Shown in pieces: positions 47,249 through 61,495 of a stretch of 64,000 bases of DNA (position 1 is its first letter; each line of letters begins with the position of its first letter). This DNA is from Eledone cirrhosa (taxonomy: Eukaryota), in NCBI GenBank assembly GCA_964016885.1, contig OZ024763.1, forward strand, positions 744,001 through 808,000. Direction: 5' to 3'. The notes beneath the pieces were generated by a model. That model was not told the DNA's origin. It was given only the letters and a program-made list of their open reading frames with translations, and made no database searches. A program made the translations under genes and the position numbers.

Positions 47249-47328
47249 ATTTCTATATTATATTTTGTATATACTCTACTAATGTATTGAGTACTTTACC
47301 TACTGTGGTTTCCCCCTCGATTGAACCA

Positions 47329-47430
<102 letters not shown>

Positions 47431-47944
47431 ATATATAATCACAATTTAATGTCCATTTTTCTACGCTAGCATGGGTTAGACGAGTTGTCCTATTGTGGGC
47501 AATGCCAGGTCAGGTGACCATGTCTTGCTCATACAGAACTGATCTTGGCTTCGCTTTAACAGCTGGAAGCCTTTCAAAACGCTAACCTCATTTACAGTGA
47601 GTACTGTTTATTTTGTATGTCGTGACCCCTACACCTTGGTCAAAATCAGTGACTCCTACACCTTGGACGGAGCAGTGATCTCTAGTTTTCTTTCAAACTA
47701 TATTTTTTTTCTTAAATTTAATTAAAAGAAATTTTATTAGATTTAGTTTCGGATAATTCTGTTTACATAAATAGCAAATCTTTTGATAATTTATGTAAAG
47801 TAAATATTGTATATACTTGTATATATGTCGATAAATGTGACAAAATATTGATGGTAAAATAGGGAGGAGGACTTGTCTTCGAGGTCAATATTTTGATTTC
47901 ACCAACTTAAAAATTATATGTAAATGAGGTGCTAAAATATTTTC

Positions 47945-49972
47945 GCTTTGGAGATGAATGTTGCACCAGTTTCACTTTGGAGGTGAATATTACACCAGTT
48001 TCACTTTGGAATATTACACCAGTTTCGCTTTGGAATATTACACCAGTTTCACTTTGCAGGTGAATATAATACACCAGTTTCACTTTGCAGGTGAATATAT
48101 TACACCAGTTTCACTTTGCAGGTGAATATATTACACCAGTTTTACTTTCGATGTGGATATATTACACCAGTTTCACTTTGGAATATTACACCAGTTTACA
48201 CTTTGGGGGTGAATATTACACTAGTTTCACTTTGGAATATTACGCTAGTTTCACTTTGGAACATTACACTAGTTTCACTTTGGAATATGACACCAGTTTC
48301 ACTTTGTAGGTGAATATTACACCAGTTTCACTTTGGAATATTACACCAGTTTACACTTTGGAGGTGAATATTACACCAGTTTCACTTTGGAATATTACAC
48401 CAGTTTACACTTTGGAGGTGAATATTACACCAGTTTCACTTTAGAATATTACACCAGTTTCACTTTAGAATATTACACCAGTTTCACTTTAGAATATTGC
48501 ACCAGTTTCACTTTAGAATATTGCCCCAGTTTCACTTTGGAGGTGGATATATTACACCAGTTTCACATTGCAGGTGCATATATTACACCAGTTTCACATT
48601 GCAGGTGCATATATTACACCAGTTTCACTTTGCAGGTGAATATATTACACTAGTTTCACTTTGGAATATTACACCAGTTTCACTTTGTAGGTGAATATTG
48701 CATCAGTTTCACTTTGGAGGTGGATATATTACACCAGTTTCACTTTTGATGTGGATATATTACACCAGTTTCACTTTTGATGTGGATATATTACACCAGT
48801 TTCACTTTTGATGTGGATATATTACACCAGTTTCACTTTGCAGGTGAATATATTACACCAGTTTCACTTTGGAATATTACACCAGTTTACACTTTGGAGG
48901 TGAATATTACACCAGTTTCACTTTGGAATATTACACCAGTTTACACTTTGGAGGTGAATATTACACCAGTTTCACTTTGGAATATTACACCAGTTTACAC
49001 TTTGGAGGTGAATATTACACCAGTTTCACTTTGGAATATTACACCAGTTTACACTTTGGAGGTGAATATTACACCAGTTTACACTTTGGAGGTGAATATT
49101 ACACCAGTTTCAATTAGAATATTACACCAGTTTCACTTTGGTGGTGGATATATTACACCAGTTTCACTTTGGAGGTGAATATTTCACCAGTTTCACTTTG
49201 GAATATTACACCAGTTTACACTTTGGAGGTGAATATCTCTTTGGAATATTACACCAGTTTCACTTTGGAATATTACACCAGTTTCACTTTGTAGGTGAAT
49301 ATTACACCAGTTTCACTTTGTAGGTGTATATTACACCAGTTTCACTTTGGAATATTACACCAGTTTCCACTTTGGAGGTGAATATCTCTTTGGAATATTA
49401 CACCAGTTTCACTTTGGAATATTACACCAGTTTCACTTTGTAGGTGAATATTGCACCAGTTTCACTTTGGAATATTACACCAGTTTCCACTTTGGAGGTG
49501 AATATCTCTTTGGAATATTACACCAGTTTCACTTTGGAATATTACACCAGTTTCACTTTGTAGGTGAATATTGCACCAGTTTCACTTTGGAATATTACAC
49601 CAGTTTCACTTTGTAGGTGAATATTGCACCAGTTTCACTTTGGAGGTGGATATATTTCACCAGTTTCACTTTTGATGTGGATATATTACACCAGTTTCAC
49701 TTTGCAGGTAAATATATTACACCAGTTTCACTTTGCAGGTGAATATATTACACCAGTTTCACTTTGCAGGTGAATATATTACACCAGTTTCACTTTGGAG
49801 GTGAATATTTCACCAGTTTACACTTTGGAGGTGAATATTACACCAGTTTCACTTTGTAGGTGTATATTACACCAGTTTCACTTTGGAATATTACACCAGT
49901 TTCACTTTGGAATATTACACCAGTTTCACTTTGCAGGTGGATATATTACACCAGTTTCACTTTGGAGGTGAA
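47945..49972. repeat. 2-kb minisatellite, 22-30-bp units
   Basis: Core ATATTACACCAGTTTCACTTTG with short variable linkers (GA, GAGGTGA, CAGGTGAAT). Confidence 0.97.
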
Positions 49973-50540
49973 ATTTATGTTTGCTATTATATTTGATGAT
50001 TTTAATGAATATGGCCTTGAAATCAATCAGAAAATGGTAACTCATGACATAAAGTGAAATAAAAACTATACTCTCAATGACACTTAAAACATTTTAAATA
50101 TCAAAATATTAAAACTTCATAAATATATTCTCCACTCATGAGAATTTCAAAACTGTCGTCTGTTGATTAGCCACTATGGCTTATAAATGGGGTTTGGATT
50201 TTGTCCTATTTCTCAAATAAAAAAGGGATCGGCTTATAATTGAGTATATATAGTAATTAGGGCAAGTTAATTTAGGGTATTTTAAAGATTGTGTGACTCC
50301 TTTTTACTCCAGTCCACTCATTAACACAGCACATTAAACACTCACACATACACACAATTACACCACACCCTCGTTACACACCACATACTCCACACATGTA
50401 CTCACACACCACGCCATACACATCACTCACCACACACCACTCACCACACATTATACTCTACACACCACACTCTACACACTACACAACGCACATTACCTTC
50501 TACACACCACACCACACCACACACATCACCACACTACACC

Positions 50541-50691
50541 GTCGGACGCCATGCTTTGACGCATAGAATTACGCCCCTTTCCATTCTGAGTTCAAATCCG
50601 GCCGAGGTTAACTGTCTTTCATTCTTACGGGGTCGATAAAATAAATTACCAGTTGGTAATTGCTGGACTTGTGCCAAAAGTAGAAACAATT
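50541..50691 (+). mobile_element. 5'-truncated SINE
   Basis: 9885 family. Confidence 0.85.
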
Positions 50692-50725
50692 ATATTAGTT
50701 TCTGTATATTTTCTATCTTGTGTAG

Positions 50726-50798
50726 TTATCATGTCGAACCATTCCTTTAATTGTAAAATCTAAAAGTACTGTCAAACTTTATTTGACATCACAAAAAG
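50726..50798 (+). CDS. Putative exon: LSCRTIPLIVKSKSTVKLYLTSQK
   Basis: Acceptor ttttctatcttgtgtag, donor AAG|gtaagt, single open frame (phase 0). Not in phase with the end of the 46464 exon, so an intervening exon is required. Confidence 0.5.
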
Positions 50799-50804
50799 GT
50801 AAGT

Positions 50805-53800
50805 CTCCCTCCTCTCTGCTCTCCCTATTCTCTCTCTATTCTCTCCCTCCTCTCTCCCTCCTCCCTCCTCTCTCTCTCTCCCCTCTCTCCCTCCTCTCTC
50901 TTGTTTCACTCCTCTCTTCCTCCTCTCTTGTTTCACTCCTTTTTCCCTTGTTTCTCTCCCTCTTCTCTCTTGTTTCACTCCTCTCTCTCCCTCCTCTCTC
51001 TCTTGTTTCACTCCTCTCTCTCCCTCTCCCTCCCTCTCTCCCCCTCCCTCTCTCTTGTTTCACTTCTCTCTCCCACCTCTCCCTCCCTCTCTCCCCCCTC
51101 CCTCTCTCTTGTTTCACTTCTCTCTCCCACCTCTCCCTCCTTTCACTTCTCTCTCCCTCCTCTCTCTCTCTCCTCTCCCTCTTGTTTTACTCCTCTCTTC
51201 CCCCTCTCTTGTTTCACTCCTCTCTCCCTCCTCTCTTGTTTCACTCCTTTTTCCCTTGTTTCTCTCCCTCTCTCTCTTGTTTCACTCCTCTCTCTCTCTC
51301 CCCTCTCCCTCCCACTCCCGCCCTCCCTCTCCCTCCCCTCTCCCTCCCACTCCCGCCCTCCCTCTCCCTCCTTTCACTTCTCTCTCCCTCCTCTCTCTCT
51401 CTTGTTTCACTCCTCTCTCCCTCTTCTCTCTTGTTTTACTCCTCTCTCCCTCCTCTCTCTCTTGTTTCACTCTTGATTCACTCCTCTCTCCCTTCTTTCA
51501 CTCTTGATTCACTCCTCTCTCCCTTCTTTCACTCTCCCCTCTCCTTCCTCTCTCTCTCTCTCTCCCCTCTCTTTCCTCTCTCTCTCTCGTTTCACTCCCC
51601 TCTCCCTCCTCTCTCGTTTCACTCCTCTCTCCCGCCTCTCTCTCGTTTCACTCCCCTTTCACTCCTCTCTCCCTCCTCTCTCTCGTTTCACTCCTCTCTC
51701 TCTCGTTTCACTCCCCTCTCCCTCCTCTCTCGTTTCACTCCTCTCTCCCTCCTCTCTCGTTTCACTCCTCTCTCCCTCCTCTCTCGTTTCACTCCTCTCT
51801 CTCTCGTTTCACTCCCCTCTCCCTCCTCTCTCGTTTCACTCCTCTCTCCCTCCTCTCTCTCGTTTCACTCCTCTCTCCCTTGTTTCACTCCTCTCTCCCT
51901 CCTCTCTCTCTTGTTTCACTCCTCTGTCCCTCCCCTCTCTCTCTTGTTTCACTCCTCTGTCCCTCCCCTCTCTCTCTTGTTTCACTCCTCTCTCTCGTTT
52001 CACTCCTCTCTCCCTCCTCTCTCTCTTGTTTCACTCCTCTCTCCCTCTTCTCTCTTGTTTTACTCCTCTCTCCCTCCTCTCTCTCTTGTTTCACTCTTGA
52101 TTCACTCCTCTCTCCCTTCTTTCACTCTTGATTCACTCCTCTCTCCCTTCTTTCACTCTCCCCTCTCCTTCCTCTCTCTCTCTCTCTCTCCCCTCTCTTT
52201 CCTCTCTCTCTCTCGTTTCACTCCCCTCTCCCTCCTCTCTCGTTTCACTCCTCTCTCCCGCCTCTCTCTCGTTTCACTCCCCTTTCACTCCTCTCTCCCT
52301 CCTCTCTCTCGTTTCACTCCTCTCTCTCTCGTTTCACTCCCCTCTCCCTCCTCTCTCGTTTCACTCCTCTCTCCCTCCTCTCTCGTTTCACTCCTCTCTC
52401 CCTCCTCTCTCGTTTCACTCCTCTCTCTCTCGTTTCACTCCCCTCTCCCTCCTCTCTCGTTTCACTCCTCTCTCCCTCCTCTCTCTCGTTTCACTCCTCT
52501 CTCCCTTGTTTCACTCCTCTCTCCCTCCTCTCTCTCTTGTTTCACTCCTCTGTCCCTCCCCTCTCTCTCTTGTTTCACTCCTCTGTCCCTCCCCTCTCTC
52601 TCTTGTTTCACTCCTCTCTCTCGTTTCACTCCTCTCTCCCTCCTCTCTCTCTTGTTTCACTCCTCTCTCCCTTCTCTCTCTCGTTTCACTCCTCTCCCTC
52701 CTCCCTTCCTCCTCTCTCTCTTGTTTTCCTCCTCTCTCTCTCCCTCTCTCTTGTTTCACTCCACTCTCTCTTGTTTCACTCCTCTCTCCCTCCTCTCTTG
52801 TTTCACTCCCTCCCCTCCCCTCCCCTCTCTCCCTCCTCTCTCTTGTTTCACTCCTCTCTCCCTCCTCTCTCCTTCCTCTCTTGTTTCACTCCTCTCTCCC
52901 TCCTCTCTCCTTCCTCTCCTCTCTCCCTTCTCTCTCTCTTGTTTCACTCCACTCTCTCTTGTTTCACTCCTCTCTCCCTCCTCTCTTGTTTCACTCCCTC
53001 CCCTCCCCTCTCTCCCTCCTCTCTTGTTTCACTCCACTCTCTCTTGTTTCACTCCTTCTCCCTCCTCTCTTGTTTCACTCCACTCTCTCTTGTTTCACTC
53101 CTCTCTCCCTCCTCTCTTGTTTCACTCCCTCCCCTCCCCTCCCCTCTCTCCCTCCTCTCTCTTGTTTCACTCCTCTCTCCCTCCTCTCTCCTTCCTCTCT
53201 TGTTTCACTCCTCTCTCTCCTCTCTCTTGTTTCACTCCTCTCTCCCTCCTCTCTCTCTCTTGTTTCACTCCTCTCTCCCTCCTCTCTCTCTTGTTTCACT
53301 CCTCTCTCCCTCCTCTCTCTCTTGTTTCACTCCTCTCTCCCTCCTCTCTCTCTCTTGTTTCACTCCCTCCCCTCCCCCTCCCGCCTCTTTCCTCTCTGCC
53401 TCCTCTCTCGTTTCACTCCCCTCTCCCTCTCTCTCGTTTCACTCCTCTCTCCCTCCTCTCTCGTTTCACTCCTCTCTCCCTCCTCTCTCGTTTCACTCCT
53501 CTCTCCCTCCTCTCTCGTTTCACTCCTCTCTCCCTCCTCTCTTGTTTCACTCCACTCTCTCTTGTTTCACTCCTCTCTCCCTCCTCTCTTGTTTCACTCC
53601 CTCCCCTCCCCTCCCCTCTCTCCCTCCTCTCTCTTGTTTCACTCCTCTCTCCCTCCTCTCTCCTTCCTCTCTTGTTTCACTCCTCTCTCTCCTCTCTCTT
53701 GTTTCACTCCTCTCTCCCTCCTCTCTCTCTTGTTTCACTTCTCTCTCCCTCCTCTCTCTCTCTTGTTTCACTTCTCTCTCCCTCCTCTCTCTCTCTTGTT

Positions 53801-56800
53801 TCACTCCTCTCCCTCCTCTCTTGTTTCACTCCCTCCCCTCCCCCTCCCGCCTCTTTCCTCTCTGCCTCCTCTCTCGTTTCACTCCCCTCTCCCTCTCTCT
53901 CGTTTCACTCCTCTCTCCCTCCTCTCTCGTTTCACTCCTCTCTCCCTCCTCTCTCGTTTCACTCCTCTCTCCCTCCTCTCTCGTTTCACTCCTCTCTCCC
54001 TCCTCTCTTGTTTCACTCCTTTTTCCCTTGTTTCTCTCCCTCTCTCTCTTGTTTCACTCCTCTCTCTCTCTCCCCTCTCCCTCCCACTCCCGCCCTCCCT
54101 CTCCCTCCCCTCTCCCTCCCACTCCCGCCCTCCCTCTCCCTCCTTTCACTTCTCTCTCCCTCCTCTCTCTCTCTTGTTTCACTCCTCTCTCCCTCTTCTC
54201 TCTTGTTTTACTCCTCTCTCCCTCCTCTCTCTCTTGTTTCACTCTTGATTCACTCCTCTCTCCCTTCTTTCACTCTTGATTCACTCCTCTCTCCCTTCTT
54301 TCACTCTCCCCTCTCCTTCCTCTCTCTCTCTCTCTCCCCTCTCTTTCCTCTCTCTCTCTCGTTTCACTCCCCTCTCCCTCCTCTCTCGTTTCACTCCTCT
54401 CTCCCGCCTCTCTCTCGTTTCACTCCCCTTTCACTCCTCTCTCCCTCCTCTCTCTCGTTTCACTCCTCTCTCCCTCATTTCACTCCTCTCTCTCTCGTTT
54501 CACTCCTCCCTTCCTCCTCTCTCCCTCCTCTCTCTCTCGTTTTCCTCCTCTCTCTCTCCCTCTCTTCTTTCACTCCTCTCTTGTTTCACTCCTATCCCTC
54601 CTCCCTCTCTCCCCTCTCCCTCCCTCTCCTCTCCCTCCTCCCTTTCCTCCTCTCTCTTTCTCTCCCTCCTCTCTTTTGTTTCACTCTTCTCTCCCTCCTC
54701 TCTCTCTCTTGTTTCACTCTCTCACTCTTCTCTCCCTCCTCTCTCCCTTGTTTCACTCCTCTCTCCCTCCTCTCTCTCTCTTGTTTCACTCCTCTCTCCC
54801 TCCTCTCTCTCTCTTGTTTCACTCCTCTCTCCCTCCTCTCTCTCTCTTGTTTCACTCCTCTCCCTCCTCTCTTGTTTCACTCCCTCCCCTCCCCCTCCCG
54901 CCTCTTTCCTCTCTCCCTCCTCTCTCGTTTCACTCCCCTCTCTCGTTTCACTCCTCTCTCCCTCCTCTCTCCCTCCTCTCTCTCTTGTTTCACTCCTCTC
55001 TCTCTCGTTTCACTCCTCTCTCCCTCATTTCACTCCTCTCTTGTTTCACTCCTCTCTCTCTCGTTTCACTCCTCTCTCCCTCCTCTCTCTTGTTTCACTC
55101 CTCTCTCCCTTCTCTCTCTCGTTTCACTCCTCTCTCCCTCCTCTCTCTCTCTTGATTCACTCCTCTCTCCCTTCTTTCACTCTTGTTTCACTCCTCTCTC
55201 TCTCCCCCATCCTTCCTCTCTCTCTCTTGTTTCACTCCTCTCTCCTTCCTCTCTCTCTCGCCTCTCTCTTGTTTCACTCCTCTCTCTCTCCCCTCTCTCT
55301 TGTTTCACTCCTCTGTCCCTCCCCTCTCTCTCGTTTCACTCCTCTCTCTCTCTCGTTTCACTCCCCTCTCTCGTTTCACTCCTCTCTCGTTTCACTCCCC
55401 TCTCCCTCCTCTCTCTCTCGTTTCACTCTCTCCCTCCTCTCTCTCTTGTTTCACTCCTCTCTCTCTCCCTCCCTCCTCCCTTCCCTCCTCTCTCTCTCTT
55501 GTTTCACTCCTCTCTCCCTCCTCCCCTCTCCCTCCACTCTCTCTTGTTTCACTCCACTCTCCCTCCTCTCTCCCTCCTCTCTCTTGTTTCACTCCTCTCT
55601 CCCTCCTCTTCTCTCTTGTTTCACTCCTCTCTCCCTCCTCTTCTGTTTCACTCCTCTTCCTCCTCTCTCTCTCGTTTCACTCCTCTTCCTCCTCTCTCTC
55701 TCGTTTCACTCCCCTCTCCCTCCTCTCTCTCTTGTTTCACTCTTGATTCACTCCTCTCTCCCTTCTTTCACTCTTGTTTCACTCCTCTCTCTCTCCCCTA
55801 TCCATTCCTCTCTCCCCTCTCCATTCCTCTCTCTCTCTTGTTTCACTCCTCTCTCCCTTCTCTCTCTCGTTTCACTCCTCTCCCTCCTCCCTTCCTCCTC
55901 TCTCTCTTGTTTTCCTCCTCTCTCTCTCCCTCCCCCTCCTCTCCCTCCTCCCTTCCCTCCTCTCTCTCTTCTCTCCCTCCTCTCTCTCTCTTGTTTCACT
56001 CCTCTCTCCCTCCACTCCTCTCCCTCCACTCTCTCTTGTTTCACTCCACTCTCCCTCCTCCCCTCTCCCCCCACTCTCTCTTGTTTCACTCCACTCTCCC
56101 TCCTCTCTCCCTCTCTCCTCTCTCCCTCCTCTCTCTTGTTTCACTCCTCTCTCCCTCCACTTCTCTCTTGTTTCACTCCTCTCCCTCCTCTCTCGTTTCA
56201 CTCCTCTTCCTCCTCTCTCTCTCGTTTCACTCCTCTTCCTCCTCTCTCTCTCGTTTCACTCCTCTCTCCCTCCTCTCTCTCATTTCACTCCTCTCTCCCT
56301 CCTCTCTCGTTTCACTCCTCTCTCCCTCCTCTCTCGTTTCACTCCTCTCTCCCTCCTCTCTCTTGTTTCCCTCCTCTCTCTCGTTTCACTCCTCTCTCCC
56401 TCCTCTCTCTCGTTTCACTCCTCTCCCTCCTCTCTCTCGTTTCACTCCTCTCTCTTCTTTCACTCCTCTCTCCCTCCTCTCTCTTGTTTCACTCCTCTCT
56501 CTCGCCTCTCTCTTGTTTCACTCCTCTCTCTCGCCTCTCTTGTTTCACTCCTCTCTCTCGCCTCTCTTGTTTCACTCCTCTGTCCCTCCTCTCTTGTTTC
56601 ACTCCCCCCCCCCCCTCTTTCCTCTCTGCCTCCTCTCTCGTTTCACTCCTCTCTCCCTCCTCTCTCTCGTTTCACTCCTCTCTCTCTCTCTCGTTTCACT
56701 CCTCTCTCGTTTCACTCCTCTCTCCCTCCTCTCTCTCTCTTGTTTCACTCCCTCCCCTCCCCCCTCTTTCCTCTCTGCCTCCTCTTCCTCCTCTCTCTCT

Positions 56801-57982
56801 TGTTTCACTCCTCTCTCCCTCCTCTCTCTCGTTTCACTCCTCTCTCTCTCTCTGGTTTCACTCCCCTCTCCCTCCTCTCTCGTTTCACTCCCCTCTCCCT
56901 CCTCTCTCTCTCGTTTCACTCCTCTCTCCCTCCTCTCTCTCGTATCACTCCTCTCTCTCTCTCGTTTCACTCCCTCCTCTCTCGTTTCACTCCTCTCTCC
57001 CTCCTCTCTCTCTTGTTTCACTCCTCTCTCCCTCCTCTCTCTCGTTTCCCTCCTCTCTCTCTTGTTTCACTCCTCTCTCCCTCCTCTCTCTCTTGTTTCA
57101 CTCCTCTCTCCCTCCTCTCTTGTTTCACTCCTCTCTCTCTCGATTCACTCCTCTCTCCCTCCTCTCTCTTGTTTCACTCCTCTCTCCTTCCTCTCTCTCT
57201 CTTGTTTCACTCCTCTCTCCCTCCCCTCTCTTGTTTCACTCCTCTCTCCCTCCTCTCTCTCTCTCTTGTTTCACTCCTCTCTCCTTCCTCTCCCTCCTCT
57301 CTCTCTTGTTTCACTCCTCTCTCCTTCCTCTCCCTCCTCTCTCTCTTGTTTCACTCCTTCCTCTCGCTCTCTTGTTTCACTCTTCTCTCTCTCGCCTCTC
57401 TCTCGTTTCACTCCTCTCTCCCTCCCCTCTCTCGTTTCACTCCTCTCTCCCTCCCCTCTCTCTTGTTTCACTCCTCTCTCCCTCCCCTCTCTCTTGTTTC
57501 ACTCCTCTCTCCCTCCCCTCTCTCTTGTTTCACTCCTCTCTCCCTCCCCTCTCTCTCTTGTTTCACTCCTCTCTCTCTTGTTTCACTCCTCTGTCCCTCC
57601 TCTCTCTTGTTTCACTCCTCTGTCCCTCCTCTCTCTTGTTTCACTCCTCTGTCCCTCCTCTCTCTTCTTTCACTCCTCTGTCCCTCCTCTCTCTTCTTTC
57701 ACTCCTCTCTCCCTCGTTTCACTCCTCTGTCCCTCCTCTCTCTTCTTTCACTCCGCTCTCCCTCCTCTCTCTCTTGTTTCACTCCGCTCTCCCTCCTCTT
57801 CTTTCACTCCTCTCTCCCTCCTCTTTCACTCCTCTCTCTCTTGTTTCACTCCGCTCTCCCTTCTCCTCTCTCTCCTTTCTCTCGACTCTCCCTCCTGTCT
57901 CCCTTCTCTCTCTCCTCTCTCTCTCTCTTGTTTCTCTCCTCTCTCCCTCCCTCTCCCTCATCTCTGTCTCTCGTGTTTCTCT
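50805..57982. repeat. 7.2-kb polypyrimidine satellite (YGTTTCACTCCTCTCTCCCTCCTCTCTC)
   Basis: Direct inspection; higher-order duplications (e.g. the 51200-51700 block recurs near 54000-54450). Confidence 0.97.
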
Positions 57983-60242
57983 CAGAAGAATTGTGAATAT
58001 GTAAGAATTGGAAGATGGCTAACCATGAAGCAAAACAGCGAGACGGATAATGGAAATAATAAAACGTTCTTTTTCTTAACTAAATGCTGAAAAATCTAAA
58101 ATCTTAGGTGAGACAGGATAAAAATATAAAGACTATTTAAATATTAGTACACTATTCCATATAAATGTCAAGACTTGAAAATATCAACATTAGTTCACTA
58201 TACCAAGGATAAACACTTAGAATTACAACTTTGGAGGAGATTAATCAAACGAGTGACATGATAGTACAATGGTCATCTCTTCTTATATTTCTATGTATAA
58301 CATAACAATGCTCTTTACATTTATCCCAGGTATATAGAGGGATATTCCGATGTCCACTGTTTGTAAAATAATGCAATAAGGAAACGCCATCATCCAGTAA
58401 ACTTTAGTAATACTCCAATAACGTCTCAGCCGCAATTTACGGTAGAAAATAGTAAGAAAAATAAAAGTCACACTCAGCAGTTAATGCAGTGAAAACAAAC
58501 AATAACAATATTATTACTAAATAATTATAATTTCTTACATTCAATAATTCTTTTTCTTAAACACGTAATTTATTTCAAATTTGTCGTATCATATATATAC
58601 TGTTTGTGTGTCTTTGTTTGTCAAGTGATTGACGGAGAAGCCGATCGATTAAATTGAACCTATAAAAATGACTGGTACTCTATTTTTCTGCTATAAAATT
58701 GTAAATTAATATCCACTGAGAACACAAAGGTGGTGTAATATCATTTAAAAATTAGAAATTGAGTTATAAATATAAATGTGTGTTCAGGGCTTAGATGTAC
58801 AGTGTGTAACAGGGTTATTGGTATTAAGTAACATAAAATGTCGTTAGGAGTTCAATATTTAGCTGGGGATATAGAATTTCTTTAAATTATTTCTTGTACC
58901 AGTAGCGAACTGGGATCGAAACCATTATGTTATTCGGACGAAAGAAATATACAAGCTTAGCTCAATCTAGTTGGAGTTACGGGACATTACTGCAAAGTAC
59001 ATCACTGTAGGTTCCAATCTTACATTGATAAAGGTGACGTTTAGCAATTTATTTGTAAGTCGCACACAGGATTTAGGTATGGCAGATTTGAAATTAGTGA
59101 ACATTATTGCAGACGAATTCATTGTAGGTTCAAATCAACACTAGGGCGTTAAGAAATAAAATGAATATTTACTTCATGAAAGAGCCTGAATTATGAAAGA
59201 CAGTCGACCCTTTCTAATAACAGCAACACTAAGAAAGGTACTCAATATATATCAGAGTATAAATATTTCATATAGAAATGTCTTCTACGGGACAAGAACT
59301 GTTTCATTCGGAAAAAAATCATCAGGAAAGCCCTTGATTTCTTTCGAATGAAACCGTTCTAGTCCTGTAGAAGCCACACACACACATGAACACACACACA
59401 TATTTATATACATACATAAGACCAATTGTCTATGATGATAAGGTCGTCACATCTGGTCCTCGATGTTGTCACCGCCTGCTTTACGTAGCATCTTAACTAT
59501 CTAATATTTATTCAGAGAGGTTCTCCCTTCATATCACAAATATTCCTTTCTGACTCACTGAAAACTTGTCTTGCATCATCGAGTAAAAGAGATCTAAAGA
59601 ATCTGTCTGATGTTGCTATATATGTATGTAGCGACCTATAACTTGTGAGGGAGTCCTAGAGGCCCCACATTGACATTCAGGGTGTCTAGGGTACTTTGTA
59701 AAAGTTGACAGATCCCATCTCCACCCCCCAGATCTCTTACAGAGAGTGAGAGAAAGGAATTGAGAAAAAAATATAGAAGAATCGACCCTAGTACTACACT
59801 GGTACTTGTTTCTAACTACCTCGAATGGTACAATAGCGAAACCTAAACTTTGATGTACCTATATAAGCCATACCTGTTCTATATGTGATGTACGTACATA
59901 TATGTATGTAAGTGTACCTGGCGTTGCAAGTTCGGTTTTCCTAAGTGTCTCTGAGAATTCTTACATGAGCAAGAATGTGTCCTGATGATTAGTCAATCGT
60001 TCTTATGATGGTATGTGCTTTTAATATATATGTATGTATATTTACATAGAAGTGAGTAAATATGAATGTATGGGTATATATAAATGAAAATGGTCTTTCT
60101 AATTGCTAATACTATATGTGTGTGTGTGTGTGTGTGAAATCCTTGGTACAGTCAGGTATATTTTAAAAAAAGGAAAAGAATGACTTCATTTGTAGTTCTA
60201 AATCTAATTGTTTAGAACTACAAGTCATTCTTTTCCTTTTTT

Positions 60243-60281
<39 letters not shown>

Positions 60282-61180
60282 ATATAATGGGAAGAGGTGA
60301 GTATTATAACTTTTATAAGAAATAAAGATCTAAAGACGAGTGATATAATTGTTAATACAGTATTCCAGAAGTAAAATATAGATCTAAAGACGAAAGAAAA
60401 TTTCATCAACGAAATCGTAATGTACACCAACGAAAATATAAGTCTACAGAATAGATTAGTAAAAAAAAGTTGGAGCAACTAAATGAGAGGTCACTTAACT
60501 TTACATATTTATATCGTGAAAAATGTTGATCTTCAGATATTAAATTATGGATGTGATTGTTTGTCTTTCTTTAAACACAGTCTTCTTTTTAAAATTAATT
60601 TTAGATTATTCGTATCTCATCTCTGGTCTCTTTTGATGGAGTCTACCTGTCCTGTTTATTGGTTTTATTTTAAAAGTAATCCATTGGAACATCAGATATT
60701 AAATGAAATGTTACGTAAAAGACACACCATATGTTTATTCCAGGTATTTAGAGAGATGTCCACTGACAACAAAATAATACAATAAGGAAATGCCATCATC
60801 CAGTAAAACTTGGTAATAATCCAGTCTCGTCACAGTCACAGTAAACAATGGTAAGAACAAACAAAACCAAAAACAAGAGAACTATTCAGCAGTTAATGAA
60901 GTGAATACATAAAATTAAAAAAAAAACATTCCTGAATAAAATAAATATTTTACTTTCATTAAATTGTTTCTTTACTTTCTTTTATAAAACACATTTATTA
61001 ATATAAATTAAGCACAGCAATGTAGGTTCAAATCTTACTTGCATGTATATATAGAAAGCACGTTTAACAATTTACGTGTACGACTAAGCTGGAATGAGGT
61101 ATGACATTATTGCAGACGGAGTTGTTGTAGGTTCAAATCAAGCCTAGAGCAATGAGAAATAAAGTCTAGATTTACTTTAC
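57983..61180 (+). repeat. Recent deleted copy of array segment 33.7-38.56 kb
   Basis: Collinear high identity with 33715-35297, 36269-37190 and 37640-38560. Confidence 0.9.
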
Positions 61181-61216
61181 CTCACACATATGTCTATATA
61201 TATATATATATATATA

Positions 61217-61464
61217 CACATACATACATACATACATACATACATACATACATACATACATACATACATACATACATACATACATACATACATACATACA
61301 TACATACATACATACATACATACATACATACATACATACATACATACATACATACATACATACATACATACATACATACATACATACATACATACATACA
61401 TACATACATACATACATACATACATACATACATACATACATACATACATACATACATACATACA

Positions 61465-61494
<30 letters not shown>
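61217..61494. repeat. (CATA)n microsatellite
   Basis: Perfect tetranucleotide run. Confidence 0.98.

Positions 61495-61495
<1 letters not shown>

Noticed and set aside
47741-47799. Possible linking exon (LVSDNSVYINSKSFDNLCK)
   Set aside because: The open frame needs a phase-1 start but the preceding putative exon ends in phase 2; splice sites are weak
47945-49972. CRISPR-like regular repeats
   Set aside because: No unique spacers, no cas genes, eukaryotic context; it is a minisatellite
50783-58090. 2435-aa Leu/Ser/Pro ORF
   Set aside because: CT satellite lacking stop codons; it reads through a splice donor
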